Shown: positions 9,146 to 19,130, counted from the stretch's first letter. The stretch is 64,000 nucleotides of DNA from Candidatus Poriferisocius sp. (GCF_965204145.1 NZ_OZ241977.1:2655811-2719810), one strand, 5' to 3'. Program-made: numbers and translations. Notes: generated from the sequence alone by a model not told the origin.

Positions 9146-9955
9146 ATGCTGGTTGTGACTGATTTGGATCGAACGTTTTGGGGGCTGGATTGCGTTGCCC
9201 CCACCGCTCATTTGGAGGCATTGGCCGAGCTTGAGGCGGCCGGGCATGTCGTACTGGCGGCAACCGGTCGACGGTTGCGGAACATCGGCCGTCTGTTCGA
9301 GTTGAACAGTCTCCGATTGCCCGCAGTCGCCCTCGACGGATCGATCGGAATGGACTTCGCCACCAAAGAGCGCTTCCACCGCATCGCCTTCGACCCCGCT
9401 GCCCTGTCTGAGCTATTGGACATTCTCGACACCCACGGCATCCGCCCCTGCCTCTACATCGACGACCGTGGCCAGCCCGACGGCGATGTGGTGCTCCCCG
9501 AGAACCCAACCAGCGAACCCACCCATTTGGAGTTCCTCGAAGAAGACCTCAACCCCACCCTCAGTCCCAAAGACGTGGAGTCCGATGTACTGGAGCTGGT
9601 ATTGACCGGCCTCCCCTCAGACCTCGCTCACCTGGCGGCCAAAGAGGTCCATTCAAGGTCGCTAGGAGTCGCCCGCGTCGACGAGCCCGACCCCCTCTAC
9701 GGAGGAAGCCGCCTGACAGTGTCACCCCCCGGGATATCCAAGGTCTCAGGAGTAGAGGCCTTCTGCCAATGGAAAGGACACAAGTTCGACTTCGCCGCCA
9801 TCGGCGACGGCGTAAACGACCTCGAACTACTAGAAGCCGCCTCCATCAGCATCGCAATCGCCGGCAGCCACGCCAGCCAAGCCACCACCCCCCACCACCT
9901 CATCCCTCCCCCCGAACAATCCGGCTGGGCCACTGTCCCAGGGCTCGTCCGTTGA
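9146..9955 (+). CDS. HAD-superfamily hydrolase (Cof-like phosphatase)
   Basis: The ATG at 9146 gives MLVVTDLDRTFWG (DxD motif I). 'AATGRR' is motif II and 'AIGDGVNDLELL' is motif IV. The upstream part of the track ORF overlaps MscS and is discarded. Confidence 0.75.
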   Translation: MLVVTDLDRTFWGLDCVAPTAHLEALAELEAAGHVVLAATGRRLRNIGRLFELNSLRLPAVALDGSIGMDFATKERFHRIAFDPAALSELLDILDTHGIRPCLYIDDRGQPDGDVVLPENPTSEPTHLEFLEEDLNPTLSPKDVESDVLELVLTGLPSDLAHLAAKEVHSRSLGVARVDEPDPLYGGSRLTVSPPGISKVSGVEAFCQWKGHKFDFAAIGDGVNDLELLEAASISIAIAGSHASQATTPHHLIPPPEQSGWATVPGLVR

Positions 9956-9994
9956 GGCAACCAGCCACTTGGCTCACTTCAGGAAATAGACGCC

Positions 9995-10984
9995 TTAAGC
10001 TCGGCGGGCTGCTTCCTTGGCACTTGCAATGATCACAGTTGCGTGGTCCTTGGCAAAACGCGCCACTGCTACCAGGCTCACTTTGTCGCTGACCTTGTAG
10101 GCGAGAACGCCGGCGGTCACACCGACCAAGAGCGCTACTCCGGCTGAGGCGCCCGCTGAGCCAGCCACTGCGATGGCGGCCAGGCTGGCCCCGGAAGTCG
10201 CCGCGCCCTTGAAGCTCCCGTCAATCATCTCGGCGAATTCATCAGCGCTACTTGCCTTGTTGTAGGCCCGGGCCATGGCCACCACAGAGACCACCATCAG
10301 CAGGGGGTTGGCGCTGACTGCGGCCGACGTACCGATGACCGAGGCAAGCCTGGCGAATTCTTCGGTGTCGGCGCGGTTCCACCGATAGATCACCGACACC
10401 ACTCCGATTGCGCCGCCAAGGAGGTCGGCTGCGTCATAGGTGTTCAGCTCGTAAAACCAGGCCTTGGGAATCCCGAACTTCGATTCCAACGCCGTAGCCA
10501 CCGAATCGAAAGTGGACTTGTCCCACGTCGCCAGCGGCAGGCCTCGAGGCGTGGACGCATCTCGCAGCAGTGCCTTGATCGTTCCCAGCGCCTCCTGCAC
10601 CACGGTGTCGTCAGCCGATACCCCCCTGGCAGCCCGAGCCGCCCCGGCGATGGTATGGCCCCCATCAAACAGCCGGTGATAGCTGCCACCCAGACCAGAG
10701 CGCAGCGCGGGATCCAGATAGTTGGCGTCCATCGCCTTGTCATAGACCGTCGGAGCCCCTTTAACTGCCGCGGCCGCCAATCGGTTGAGATCCCCCGACA
10801 AATCACTAGCCACCAAAGCCTGCGCCGCTGACATAACCTGCCCAACCCGCTCCTTCGTCCCATCAATCGCCGCCCTACCCCCAACCCGAACCCTCCAACC
10901 CGCCACCATCCCCACCCCAGCAACCTTCGCCAATGCTCGCCTACCGCCAGTCGCTGCTACGCCACGTAGCTTCCTCGCCTTCAA
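9995..10984 (-). CDS. hypothetical protein with a hydrophobic Ala/Gly-rich C-terminal region
   Basis: 329-aa ORF with normal GC and no recognisable motif. The C-terminal 'GASLAAIAVAGSAGASAGVALLVGVTAGVLAY' looks membrane-spanning. The start is uncertain. Confidence 0.35.
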   Translation of the reverse strand: MKARKLRGVAATGGRRALAKVAGVGMVAGWRVRVGGRAAIDGTKERVGQVMSAAQALVASDLSGDLNRLAAAAVKGAPTVYDKAMDANYLDPALRSGLGGSYHRLFDGGHTIAGAARAARGVSADDTVVQEALGTIKALLRDASTPRGLPLATWDKSTFDSVATALESKFGIPKAWFYELNTYDAADLLGGAIGVVSVIYRWNRADTEEFARLASVIGTSAAVSANPLLMVVSVVAMARAYNKASSADEFAEMIDGSFKGAATSGASLAAIAVAGSAGASAGVALLVGVTAGVLAYKVSDKVSLVAVARFAKDHATVIIASAKEAARRA

Positions 10985-11082
10985 TCGCCAACCGCCTACT
11001 AGTGCAGACGCCTATAGGATCCTGTTGACTCTTGCATGAACTTCCCCGGCGTCACGGGCAAACTCATCAGCCGTCCGATTCA

Positions 11083-12906
11083 TCACTCTGGACGAGCCCA
11101 AATGTCACAAACCTGCCGTGCCAACCATTCCCCACGCTCTTGAATGGCATTCTCGTTCCATTCATTTGACCAAGAAACACCTGCGGGAACAACTGCTTCG
11201 TGTGTCAGCATCTTGTTTAGGTGTAGATTTGAATGCTTCGCCAACTCCAGACTCTTTTTTGACCATGCTGAATTCGATAAGGCAGGATTTAGCTTGTCAT
11301 TTACTAATGTCAAATTCCCAAGTGTATGCAAGAGAACATTTCGCTCATCACGGCTGAATCGGTTGCCTTCCAATGGCCAATCTTCCTGCGCCCACGAAAC
11401 GGGGAGGAGATGCTCAATAGTAAGGTCTCGCGGACACCGAGATTCCGCTTTGCTATTTGTATCACACAAACGATCCTCAACTGCTTCAAGAACCAGCCTT
11501 AGACGTGCGCGACTTAGTTGGAAATACAGCGGACGTTCTAGAATTGCGGATTGGAGATCAGTGTCCTCCGGCCAAGCAGTATTGACGGCTTTTGCATCTG
11601 AGAGAATCTCTCCAATTATTGCAGGAACATCTTCCCCCTTGTGTTTCTTGACCTCCCGAAGAAGTGGATGAAGGAAGTTTTGATATCCTTGTGTACTTCG
11701 GCGACAGATCATTCTGCGCATAAACCAACTCTCAAGGAGGCGAACTGAATCCTCGAGCTGACTTCGGTTGATGCCCGATTTGTCGCTGAACAGCCACAAC
11801 AATACAGGAGTTAAGACACGCAGTTGCGAGACTTGCCATCGGTAGAAGAAGTCATTGATTGTCCGATCTTCGTGCAAGGACTCCTCCAGAGATTTGAAGA
11901 CTCCGGCAAAATCGGAAATGCTGGACGCAACTTCTTGCACTCCAAGATCATGTTCCGTAAGTAGCCTGCGATATTCGTCAAACACCCTTTGAGCACTCAC
12001 TTCACGTGTGAGGTTCATCCCAAGCCAATAGAAGAGGAAAGCGTCTAGTCGAGGCCAGCTGATACGACCAAGTGTGACTTCTTGACGCCACCAATCGTCT
12101 TCAAAATTCTTCCAATGGTTGAAATGAAGAGCTTCAACGTCTAGACCGACACTCTGCGCCTGACTAAGCAGGTGGTTCTTGACCAGGTCGGAAGCCAGTA
12201 GTGGTGTACCCCGGGCATTTAGGGTTTCAAAAATGGCTTGCGCATTGTCCTTCTCAGATAGGTCTATGACCACTAGATGCAGGCCGCTCCTAATTGCATT
12301 CACAAGTGCTGCGAACCTCTCTGCAATCGATTGCTGCGAATCTTCGTCTTGTGCCCAGTTGCAAGCAGAAGACTTGAAGAACGCGTGAGCCTGAGCTATT
12401 GAGTTGTCTTTGAGGTCTTCCGGCACCGTGTCGTAGTCTGTCATAGCGAGGCGAAAAACTAGTTGGTCTGCGTTCGTTGGCCAGACCTTGAATTGGTCGT
12501 CGCCTGCAAAAATATCGTCATCATTGAGTACTATTTTTCGCAACTTTTTGCTTTCGATATTTGCACCTTCGACTTCTCTGATCGCTTCCTCTACTGCATC
12601 GGCAAGTAGTTGTAGCGTGGTAAGGCGTTGTTGTCCGTCAATTACGTCACGTATTTCAAGGGTGCCCACAGGGTTAGACTGTTGGCGAACTACGACTGCT
12701 CCTAGAAAATGAGGGGCCGGGTGTACGCCGTTGTCTAGCTCAGATTGGGCAAGCGCGGTGACGTCTTCCCACAATGGTTCCCATTGCCGTTCACGATCCC
12801 AGACATAAGGACGCTGATATAGAGGAACCCGGAATTGGACATCTAATCCAAAAATCTTATGCAGCGGTAGGATGCTTACGTCCATGTCGACCTCCATGAG
12901 ACACAC
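11083..12906 (-). CDS. GmrSD-like DUF262/DUF1524 protein (type IV restriction-like nuclease family)
   Basis: The N-terminal DUF262 signatures are 'FRVPLYQRPYVWD' and 'DGQQRLTT'. The C-terminal His-Me/HNH-like DUF1524 signatures are 'IEHLLPVSW' and 'LHTLGNLTLVNDKLNPALSNSAW'. The gene and its flanks are visibly much more AT-rich than the neighbours. Confidence 0.8.
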   Translation of the reverse strand: MCLMEVDMDVSILPLHKIFGLDVQFRVPLYQRPYVWDRERQWEPLWEDVTALAQSELDNGVHPAPHFLGAVVVRQQSNPVGTLEIRDVIDGQQRLTTLQLLADAVEEAIREVEGANIESKKLRKIVLNDDDIFAGDDQFKVWPTNADQLVFRLAMTDYDTVPEDLKDNSIAQAHAFFKSSACNWAQDEDSQQSIAERFAALVNAIRSGLHLVVIDLSEKDNAQAIFETLNARGTPLLASDLVKNHLLSQAQSVGLDVEALHFNHWKNFEDDWWRQEVTLGRISWPRLDAFLFYWLGMNLTREVSAQRVFDEYRRLLTEHDLGVQEVASSISDFAGVFKSLEESLHEDRTINDFFYRWQVSQLRVLTPVLLWLFSDKSGINRSQLEDSVRLLESWFMRRMICRRSTQGYQNFLHPLLREVKKHKGEDVPAIIGEILSDAKAVNTAWPEDTDLQSAILERPLYFQLSRARLRLVLEAVEDRLCDTNSKAESRCPRDLTIEHLLPVSWAQEDWPLEGNRFSRDERNVLLHTLGNLTLVNDKLNPALSNSAWSKKSLELAKHSNLHLNKMLTHEAVVPAGVSWSNEWNENAIQERGEWLARQVCDIWARPE

Positions 12907-13186
12907 TGATGCTTACCATTGAAACCAACCTCCCCGCCACTTCCAGTCTGTGGGCAACGTGACCCGTAGATGGAGTCAGAAAGTCGCCGTTGCCTGGTCG
13001 AGTCACCTGCTGAGGTCCATTTTCTTCTACTTCCGGAGCTTCTTCGACGCCATAGATTCCTCATGCCCAGCCTGGGGCCGCCCTTTTCGCGAGAACGGAG
13101 GGAGGTCTGTTGGCTCCTGCGTCGCGGTAGGTCATTGAATTAGGGAGAGGCCATCCTGCTCAAGCGCCACTGGATGAGGAGGTGGA

Positions 13187-16100
13187 CTAGGTGAGTGCGA
13201 GCCAAGTGATGAGGTGGACGTCTTCATCTCGGACTTCGGGGAGGGGGGTGGGGGGTGTGTAGGGCTGTAGGCCTAGGTGTTGGATGGTGTTGAGGATGTT
13301 TTGGGCTTGTTGGGTGGGGTCTTCGGAGTTGTTGATGGCGGCTTGGAGGGTGCGAATGGTGCGTTCGGGGTAGGGGGCGTTGATGGTGTCTATGGCACGG
13401 TCGAGGTCTTCTTGGGTGAGGTCGGGGGGTGGGTGCTCTCTGAGGATGTCGGCGGCGCGGCGGAGGCGAGGGGGGATTTTGGGTTCTAGGTTGGCTTTGT
13501 CGGACATGACATTCCACTGGGTCACGATGTCGTCTCTTGCTGTTTCCCAGGCGGTGAAGGCGCCTTGGATGGTGGCGTCGTCCAGTTGGCGATCGGTGCC
13601 GAAGCCATCTGGAGGGCGGGCTTTGTGGAGGCAGGCCAGGGTTTCGTCGACCACGGGGCTATCGGTGTCGGAGCCGGTTTCGACAAAGCGGAATAGGGGT
13701 TTGGGGTGGTCGCCTATTCGGGCGCAGAAGATGTAGCCGGGTCGGCCATCGGGGCTTGTTACTGCCATGCCTGAGCCGGAGCCCCAGGGGAGGGACTTGA
13801 TCTGGCTGGCCAGGTCGGAGTCTTCCAGGGCTTGGCGCAGTTCTTGGCGGAACTCCTCGCCTGACAACACGCCTTGAGCAGTACCACCTCTTTCGAACAG
13901 CTCGGCGTCTTCGTTGCGGAGTCGGGCGATCTCCTCTTTGGTCTCAGTGAAGTTGATCTCTACTTGAGCAACTTGGTCAGGCAGCACCTCGCCAACGCCG
14001 ATGCTGGCGGCGGCCTGGGCGATCTTCCTGTGCAGCCGTTCTTCAAGACCGAGCAGGTCATCGAGGCGATCATCGGGAAACACGCACCGCAGGAACACCT
14101 CGGTGTGATGAGAGCCGATGCGGTCAATGCGACCGTGGCGCTGCACCAGCCGCATCGGGTTCCAGGGCAGGTCGTAGTTGATGATGTGACGGGCCTGTTG
14201 GAGGTTCACCCCCTCGGCCAGCACGTCGGTGGCCACCACGATGTCGAACAGGTCGTCATCGGCCCCCTGGGGGGCGTCGGTGGTTTTGGGAGCGAACCCC
14301 CACAGCACTCGCTCCTTGCTCCCGGAGCCGGAGTTGCCCGCCAGCGACGCGATACGGCCCCTATAGGGAGCCAGACGCTCGTCGGTTTCAACCGTGGTAA
14401 CCAGATGCTCCAATACCCAATCGACGGTGTCGGCGTAGTAGCTGAAGATCAACACCTTGCGCCGGTCGCGCACATCGTCGGGACCGATCCCCTCAGCAGC
14501 GGCATCGGCGGAGATCTGGGCCAGCTCTTCAACCAAGGCGGTCAGGTTGGGATCGTCGGGACGGGTGACGGTGCGGGCTTCGGCAGCGAATGACCTCAGG
14601 AGGGCCCGGTCTCGGTCCACGTACTCCCGCAGATGTTCGAGGTCGTACTCGGCGGCGTCATCGGACACCCCGACGATGCCTCCTAGGAAGGTGTCGACCT
14701 GGTCTTCGTCCATCTCGTCGGAGTCGGTGGCGATCCAGTCGGCCAAAGCGTCGCCAGTGGCTACCCGGCCGTTGTCGAGTAGCGACAGAAAGGCGTCGTG
14801 GCTCTTGGCCATCCGCTCACAGGTCTCAGCAAAGGCATACGGCGATGACTCGAACCGCTTCAGCAATCCAGATCGCAACAGCCCGGCGAGCTGTTTCTCA
14901 TAAGCATCTTCCTGGTGGTCTAAACGGAACTGCGATGGCGAATATCGAGCCATGGTGAGCACCCGGGGATCTTCGACACCGGCGTCGGGATCGAGCGCGT
15001 GGGCGAACCGGTCGAAGAAGCCGGGCATCACCTCGTCGAGGTTGTAGTCCACCTTGTGGACCCGGGGAGTAGGGAAGACGATCTGCTGTTCCTGCCCGCC
15101 GACCTTGATGGTGTCGTTGGGGTAGAACCGCTTGACGAACGAACGGGTTCGGCGCACTGCTACCGCGTCCAACACGTCAAACAGGTGCTCGGGGGTGAGG
15201 TCGTCGGGGTTGAGGGCCATCGCATTGGCGAAATGGTCGCGCAGCGAGCGGATGCCAGCATCGGCAAACACAGCGTCGTTGCGCAGGAAGTAGCCCAGCA
15301 GGTGATACAAGTCCCACAAGCTGTTGTTCACCGGGGTGGCGGTGAGCATCACCAGCTCCTTGGGCGGCGAACCGGCCAACAGCTGGCGCAGTGCGTGGGC
15401 CCGCTGGGTGGCGGGGTTGCGGAGATTGTGGGCCTCGTCGATCACCACCATGGCGTATTCGTTGATGCCAGCTCTCAGCTTGATGGCAGTTTTGTGCTCG
15501 GGGTTTAGACGACTGTCGGCCATCAGCTCCTCGTAGGACACAAGCTCCACCGCCAACATGTGCTCATGGATGAACGCCGTCCACGGCCCGTCGCGAAGCG
15601 TGGCTGGGGTGATCACCAACACCCGCTGACGGCGATCTTGCACCGCCTCCCGGATCAACTCCCCAGCCAAGAACGTCTTGCCCAAGCCGACTTCATCGGC
15701 AATCAGCACCCCGTTGCGCTCATCCAAGATGCGTCTGGCCCGCCACAGCCCGTCGGACTGGAAATTGGTGAGGTGGATTTGCGGCGCGCCCTCGGCGGCC
15801 GCCTCGGCTTCCAATTCCTCGCCGTAGAACTCCCACAGCATCCGGAGATACACGAGCCAAGGGGAGTGAGGCTCAAACCGGGCCTCGAACAGCGAAGCCA
15901 AGTCGTATTCCTCGGCCTCGGCCCACAGCTCCTCGAACCAGTCGCGCACCTGGCCCACCACATGGGGCGCGTAGTTGCCCAGGTTCAGCTCCAAGTTGGT
16001 AGCCAACCCCGCATAGGTGAAGTTGGACGACCCGGCCACCACCCCGTGGGAGCGGTCCCCCACCAAGAAGGCCTTGCCGTGCAGGAACCGCCCTTCCAGG

Positions 16101-16522
16101 CGGCGCACTTGAACATTCTCCGAGCGCAGCCACTTCACCAGCCGGCGGGTAGAAGCATCGACCTCAAACGTGAAGCCCAAGTGGTCTCGCTCAACCACAA
16201 GGTTCTGCTCGTGGCCCTCAAGCGCCTGGCGCAGCCGAGCCCGGATCGCCCGCTGGGGATTAGCCGATTCAGTCTTTAGCGCCCGTCGGCGGCTTTCGGG
16301 TGGAGTCGGCTCGGCTCCCAGCAACAGTCGCACGCCAGTGACCTGATCCAACGAATCGGCTAGCAGCGAGTATCCACCCACGTTGAAATAGGCAGTGGCA
16401 ACGTCCAAGCAGGCCCCGCCAACGAATCCAGTGGCGGCATGGGAAATGAACCCGTTCAGCGCCCCCGCCACCGTTTCCTGGCCCCGGTTAACGGCCAACT
16501 CCGGCTTCTCAACTGCGGTCAT
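13187..16522 (-). CDS. PLD-nuclease domain fused to an SNF2-family helicase (DrmD/DrmC-like fusion)
   Basis: 1111 aa. The N-terminal HKD motif is 'LHGKAFLVGDRSHGVVAGSSNFT'. Helicase motifs are 'LIADEVGLGKTF' (I), 'VVIDEAHNLRN' (II), 'LMLTATPVNNSLWDLYHLL' (III) and 'QRHGRIDRIGS' (VI). The frame is intact. Confidence 0.85.
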   Translation of the reverse strand: MTAVEKPELAVNRGQETVAGALNGFISHAATGFVGGACLDVATAYFNVGGYSLLADSLDQVTGVRLLLGAEPTPPESRRRALKTESANPQRAIRARLRQALEGHEQNLVVERDHLGFTFEVDASTRRLVKWLRSENVQVRRLEGRFLHGKAFLVGDRSHGVVAGSSNFTYAGLATNLELNLGNYAPHVVGQVRDWFEELWAEAEEYDLASLFEARFEPHSPWLVYLRMLWEFYGEELEAEAAAEGAPQIHLTNFQSDGLWRARRILDERNGVLIADEVGLGKTFLAGELIREAVQDRRQRVLVITPATLRDGPWTAFIHEHMLAVELVSYEELMADSRLNPEHKTAIKLRAGINEYAMVVIDEAHNLRNPATQRAHALRQLLAGSPPKELVMLTATPVNNSLWDLYHLLGYFLRNDAVFADAGIRSLRDHFANAMALNPDDLTPEHLFDVLDAVAVRRTRSFVKRFYPNDTIKVGGQEQQIVFPTPRVHKVDYNLDEVMPGFFDRFAHALDPDAGVEDPRVLTMARYSPSQFRLDHQEDAYEKQLAGLLRSGLLKRFESSPYAFAETCERMAKSHDAFLSLLDNGRVATGDALADWIATDSDEMDEDQVDTFLGGIVGVSDDAAEYDLEHLREYVDRDRALLRSFAAEARTVTRPDDPNLTALVEELAQISADAAAEGIGPDDVRDRRKVLIFSYYADTVDWVLEHLVTTVETDERLAPYRGRIASLAGNSGSGSKERVLWGFAPKTTDAPQGADDDLFDIVVATDVLAEGVNLQQARHIINYDLPWNPMRLVQRHGRIDRIGSHHTEVFLRCVFPDDRLDDLLGLEERLHRKIAQAAASIGVGEVLPDQVAQVEINFTETKEEIARLRNEDAELFERGGTAQGVLSGEEFRQELRQALEDSDLASQIKSLPWGSGSGMAVTSPDGRPGYIFCARIGDHPKPLFRFVETGSDTDSPVVDETLACLHKARPPDGFGTDRQLDDATIQGAFTAWETARDDIVTQWNVMSDKANLEPKIPPRLRRAADILREHPPPDLTQEDLDRAIDTINAPYPERTIRTLQAAINNSEDPTQQAQNILNTIQHLGLQPYTPPTPLPEVRDEDVHLITWLALT

Positions 16523-16591
16523 GCCACCTCCGTGCCAACCCTCGAATTAAAAGGGGTTGCAATAGCATGAAAGTCCTGTAGGGTAGGGGGC

Positions 16592-16897
16592 GTGGAAGAG
16601 ATGGCACCCGTGGAGGTCGAGAAGGGAAATTCCGCTGGTGATGAACCGGTGCCGCCCCATCTTCGGCCTCTGGAGGAAAAGCTGGCTGCAATCGCCGAGT
16701 TCAGGAAATTCTGCGATGAGAACATCGGCTCAGGCGACGACATCACGTCTGCGTACCTCGAGGAACGGGCAGCCCTGAGGGAGATATACCCCAACACCCT
16801 GGTTGACTTAGGGCGCGCCGGGATTATCAAAATGCGGGTATTCCGCGAAGACGGATCGTCGTACTTCTTGCCTGACGGCGAAGAGGCGGATTCCTGA
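16592..16897 (+). CDS. putative antitoxin / small hypothetical protein upstream of VapC
   Basis: 101-aa ORF whose stop (TGA, 16895-16897) overlaps the probable start region of the PIN gene. There is no recognisable DNA-binding motif, so the assignment is by position only. Confidence 0.3.
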   Translation: MEEMAPVEVEKGNSAGDEPVPPHLRPLEEKLAAIAEFRKFCDENIGSGDDITSAYLEERAALREIYPNTLVDLGRAGIIKMRVFREDGSSYFLPDGEEADS

Positions 16898-17328
16898 AAT
16901 CGAATCGTCCGCCTGTCGTCCTCGACGCATGGCCGATCGTGCGCTACGCGAACGGGGAACCTGCGATCGTGAGGGAACTGGAGGGACTGCTCGGAGAGCC
17001 GGCTTCCATCATCGTCTGCAGTATCAATCTGGGTGAGGTCCACTACACACTGGCCCGCCACAGAGGATTCGCGACCGCGGACAGCATCTGGGACTTCTTC
17101 TGCGCGAGCGCCCAAGTCGAAGCACCCACTTTGGAGGTGACCCGCAGCGCCGCAAGGCTGGTGGTCACTAGCCGCATCCCGTGGGCTGATGCTCATGCTG
17201 CGGCCACGGCCATGGCCCACGGGGGCGTGGTGTGGGCGGGAGACAAGCACCTGAACAAGCCCGGGCCCTGGAAACGGCGGGACCTGCGCAAACTCGGCAT
17301 GTCCCCTCGGGGAAGCCACAAGGAGTAG
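16894..17328 (+). CDS. PIN-domain toxin (VapC-like)
   Basis: The acidic PIN residues occur in order: 'VVLDAW' (16915-16932), 'NLGEV', 'WADAHAAATA' and 'WAGDKHL'. The first Asp lies upstream of the first canonical start (GTG 16939), so the start shown (CTG 16894, overlapping the upstream TGA) is tentative. Confidence 0.6.
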   Translation: MKSNRPPVVLDAWPIVRYANGEPAIVRELEGLLGEPASIIVCSINLGEVHYTLARHRGFATADSIWDFFCASAQVEAPTLEVTRSAARLVVTSRIPWADAHAAATAMAHGGVVWAGDKHLNKPGPWKRRDLRKLGMSPRGSHKE

Positions 17329-17339
17329 TAGAGCGCCGC

Positions 17340-18155
17340 TCACCTAGCGAGCCTTCTGAAGTGGGCGAGGACGGCGGCGTGATGCTCGGAGTAGTCGACG
17401 GCCTCGCTGAAGGTCTCGTAGACCACGGCTAAATCGTCTTCGTCGAGGCCATAGAGGTGGGCGACGCATGCGTCGAGCTCGCAGATGAGGTCCTGTATGA
17501 CCGCCTCGTCATTGGCCGACCCCACCGGCACCCCCACCTCCGCCGCCCACTCAGCAAATCGCTCGTCCACTGCGGCGAGGCGACCGGCGATTTCGACTAC
17601 ACGGTCCCGGACAGGATGACCTTCGCCGGGATCAGGGACAGACAGCTGGTTGAACTGTCCGAAGGACATGACCAATTCGATTGTGCGCCGAGACTGCCAA
17701 TCACAGGGAATAGAACTCAGCACCCCCAGCACATAGGTCTCATCTGCCATGGTTCCTTCGATCTGAAGCAAGTAGGGGGCCTTGTGCACCAATACTCGGC
17801 CGCCTGGAATTAGCGCAGTAATGAGCGTGCGCGTATCTGTTGATCGGGCTACATCCCTGAATGCGATCCGGGGATTCAAACAGGGCAGCGTTGCAGGATC
17901 ATCAGCAACTGATTCGTCTTGCTCAGCAAACGCAGACGACCGGGTGCGGCGTTGCGAGAGCCGCTTCTCCTGAAGATGGGCGATCATGGACTGAGCATCC
18001 GCGCTGTCGTAGTAGACACCTGTGTCCGGCTCCCAGAGATTGAACGAGGTGCCTTTGTAAACCGGCCAGATCTTGTTGAACTCAGACGCGACGTCTTCAG
18101 TTCCATGAGTCCCCGATTCGGCGGAAGCAGGTGAGGACGGCATCGCGTCGTTCAT
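17340..18155 (-). CDS. stand-alone copy ('cassette 2') of the methyltransferase C-terminal domain
   Basis: 271-aa intact ORF containing 'IWPVYKGTSFNLWEPDTGVYYDSAD...RIAFRDV...LVHKAPYLLQIEG...CDWQSRR...ELDACVAHLYGLDEDD'. By manual alignment it is about 80% identical to cassette 1 (about 34 mismatches in about 183 positions). Confidence 0.6.
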   Translation of the reverse strand: MNDAMPSSPASAESGTHGTEDVASEFNKIWPVYKGTSFNLWEPDTGVYYDSADAQSMIAHLQEKRLSQRRTRSSAFAEQDESVADDPATLPCLNPRIAFRDVARSTDTRTLITALIPGGRVLVHKAPYLLQIEGTMADETYVLGVLSSIPCDWQSRRTIELVMSFGQFNQLSVPDPGEGHPVRDRVVEIAGRLAAVDERFAEWAAEVGVPVGSANDEAVIQDLICELDACVAHLYGLDEDDLAVVYETFSEAVDYSEHHAAVLAHFRRLAR

Positions 18156-18878
18156 CCCACTGTCCCGGTCGTCCGAATGTGTCGTACACCACCGTGATGT
18201 CGTCCTCGTCTAGGCCGTAGAGATAGGCGACACAGGCGTCTAATTCGGCTAGCAGCCAAGCCCCCCCCCCCCCTCAACAGTGCCGACAGGCACACCTACT
18301 TCAGCGGCCCACCCAGAGAACCGATCGTCTTGGGCAGCTAGTAGGGCAGCGATTTCTGCTACTCGGTTGCGAACGGGATGTCCTTCACCGGGGTCAGGAA
18401 TCGACAGCTGATTGAACTGTCCGAATGACATGACCAATTCGACAGTCCGCCGAGCCTGCCAATCACAGGGCATAGAGCTGAGTACCCCCAATACATATGC
18501 CTCGTCGGTGGCGGTTCCTTCGATCTGCAGCAAATAGGGCGCCTTATGCACAATGACCCGTTCGCCAGGGACAAGTGCCGCGATGATCGTCCGGGTATTG
18601 GTCGGGTTCGTCACATCTCTAAAGGCAATCCGCGGATGCCGACACGGGAGAGTTGCGGGGTCGTTGGAAATTTCCTCACTTTGCTCCGCAAAGGCAGACG
18701 ACCGGATCCGGCGTTGTGAGAGCCGCTTCTCGTGAAGATGGGCGATCATGCTCTGGCCATCCGCGCTGTCGTAATAGACCCCAGTGTCCGGCTCCCAGAG
18801 GTTGAACGATGTGCCCTTGTAGACAGGCCAAATGTCAGTCATCGGAGATGTCCCCGATCCGGTTGGCAGCGGCGCCAT
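18108..18878 (-). pseudogene. methyltransferase C-terminal domain 'cassette 1', split by a 13-nt homopolymer
   Basis: The ORF 18249..18878 ends '...VGVPVGTVEGGGGLGC*' just after the tract. The next frame then continues 'WLLAELDACVAYLYGLDEDDITVVYDTFGRPGQWDERRDAVLTCFRRIGDSWN*' (stop at 18108), collinear with the tail of cassette 2. Confidence 0.6.
18261..18273. repeat. homopolymer C13 (G13 on the coding strand) inside cassette 1
   Basis: Counted directly: 'ccaag ccccccccccccc tcaacag'. Confidence 0.95.
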
Positions 18879-19075
18879 CGTCGTTCACGAACCTGCTCCG
18901 GTCGTGGGTGGCGTCGAATTCTCGGACTGGGCGGAAGCGCCATCGTCGTTCACGAACCTGCTCCGGTCGTGGGTCGCGTGGAACTCGGCCACTGCTCGGA
19001 AGCGCCACGTCCGTCGTCGTTCCAGAACCGGTGGCGGTCGTTGGTCGCGTTGAGGTCGCCCTGTACTGGTCGGAA
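18872..19075. repeat. three tandem repeats of 65, 65 and 74 bp
   Basis: Units start with 'gcgcca' at 18872, 18937 and 19002, with the next occurrence at 19076. On the minus strand each unit encodes a related peptide but in a different frame: WRFRPVREFDATHDRSRFVNDDG, (W)RFRAVAEFHATHDRSRFVNDDG and WRFRPVQGDLNATNDRHRFWNDDG. Confidence 0.9.
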
Positions 19076-19092
19076 GCGCCAGTTCCGTGGCT

Positions 19093-19130
<38 letters not shown>

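Noticed and set aside
16519-17343. 274-aa minus-strand ORF that would fill the gap between the helicase and the methyltransferase cassettes
   Set aside because: It has no motifs and a Ser/Arg/Pro-rich composition. The opposite strand carries a recognisable PIN domain, so it is treated as a shadow ORF. If real, it would make the defence genes contiguous, so it deserves an HMM check.
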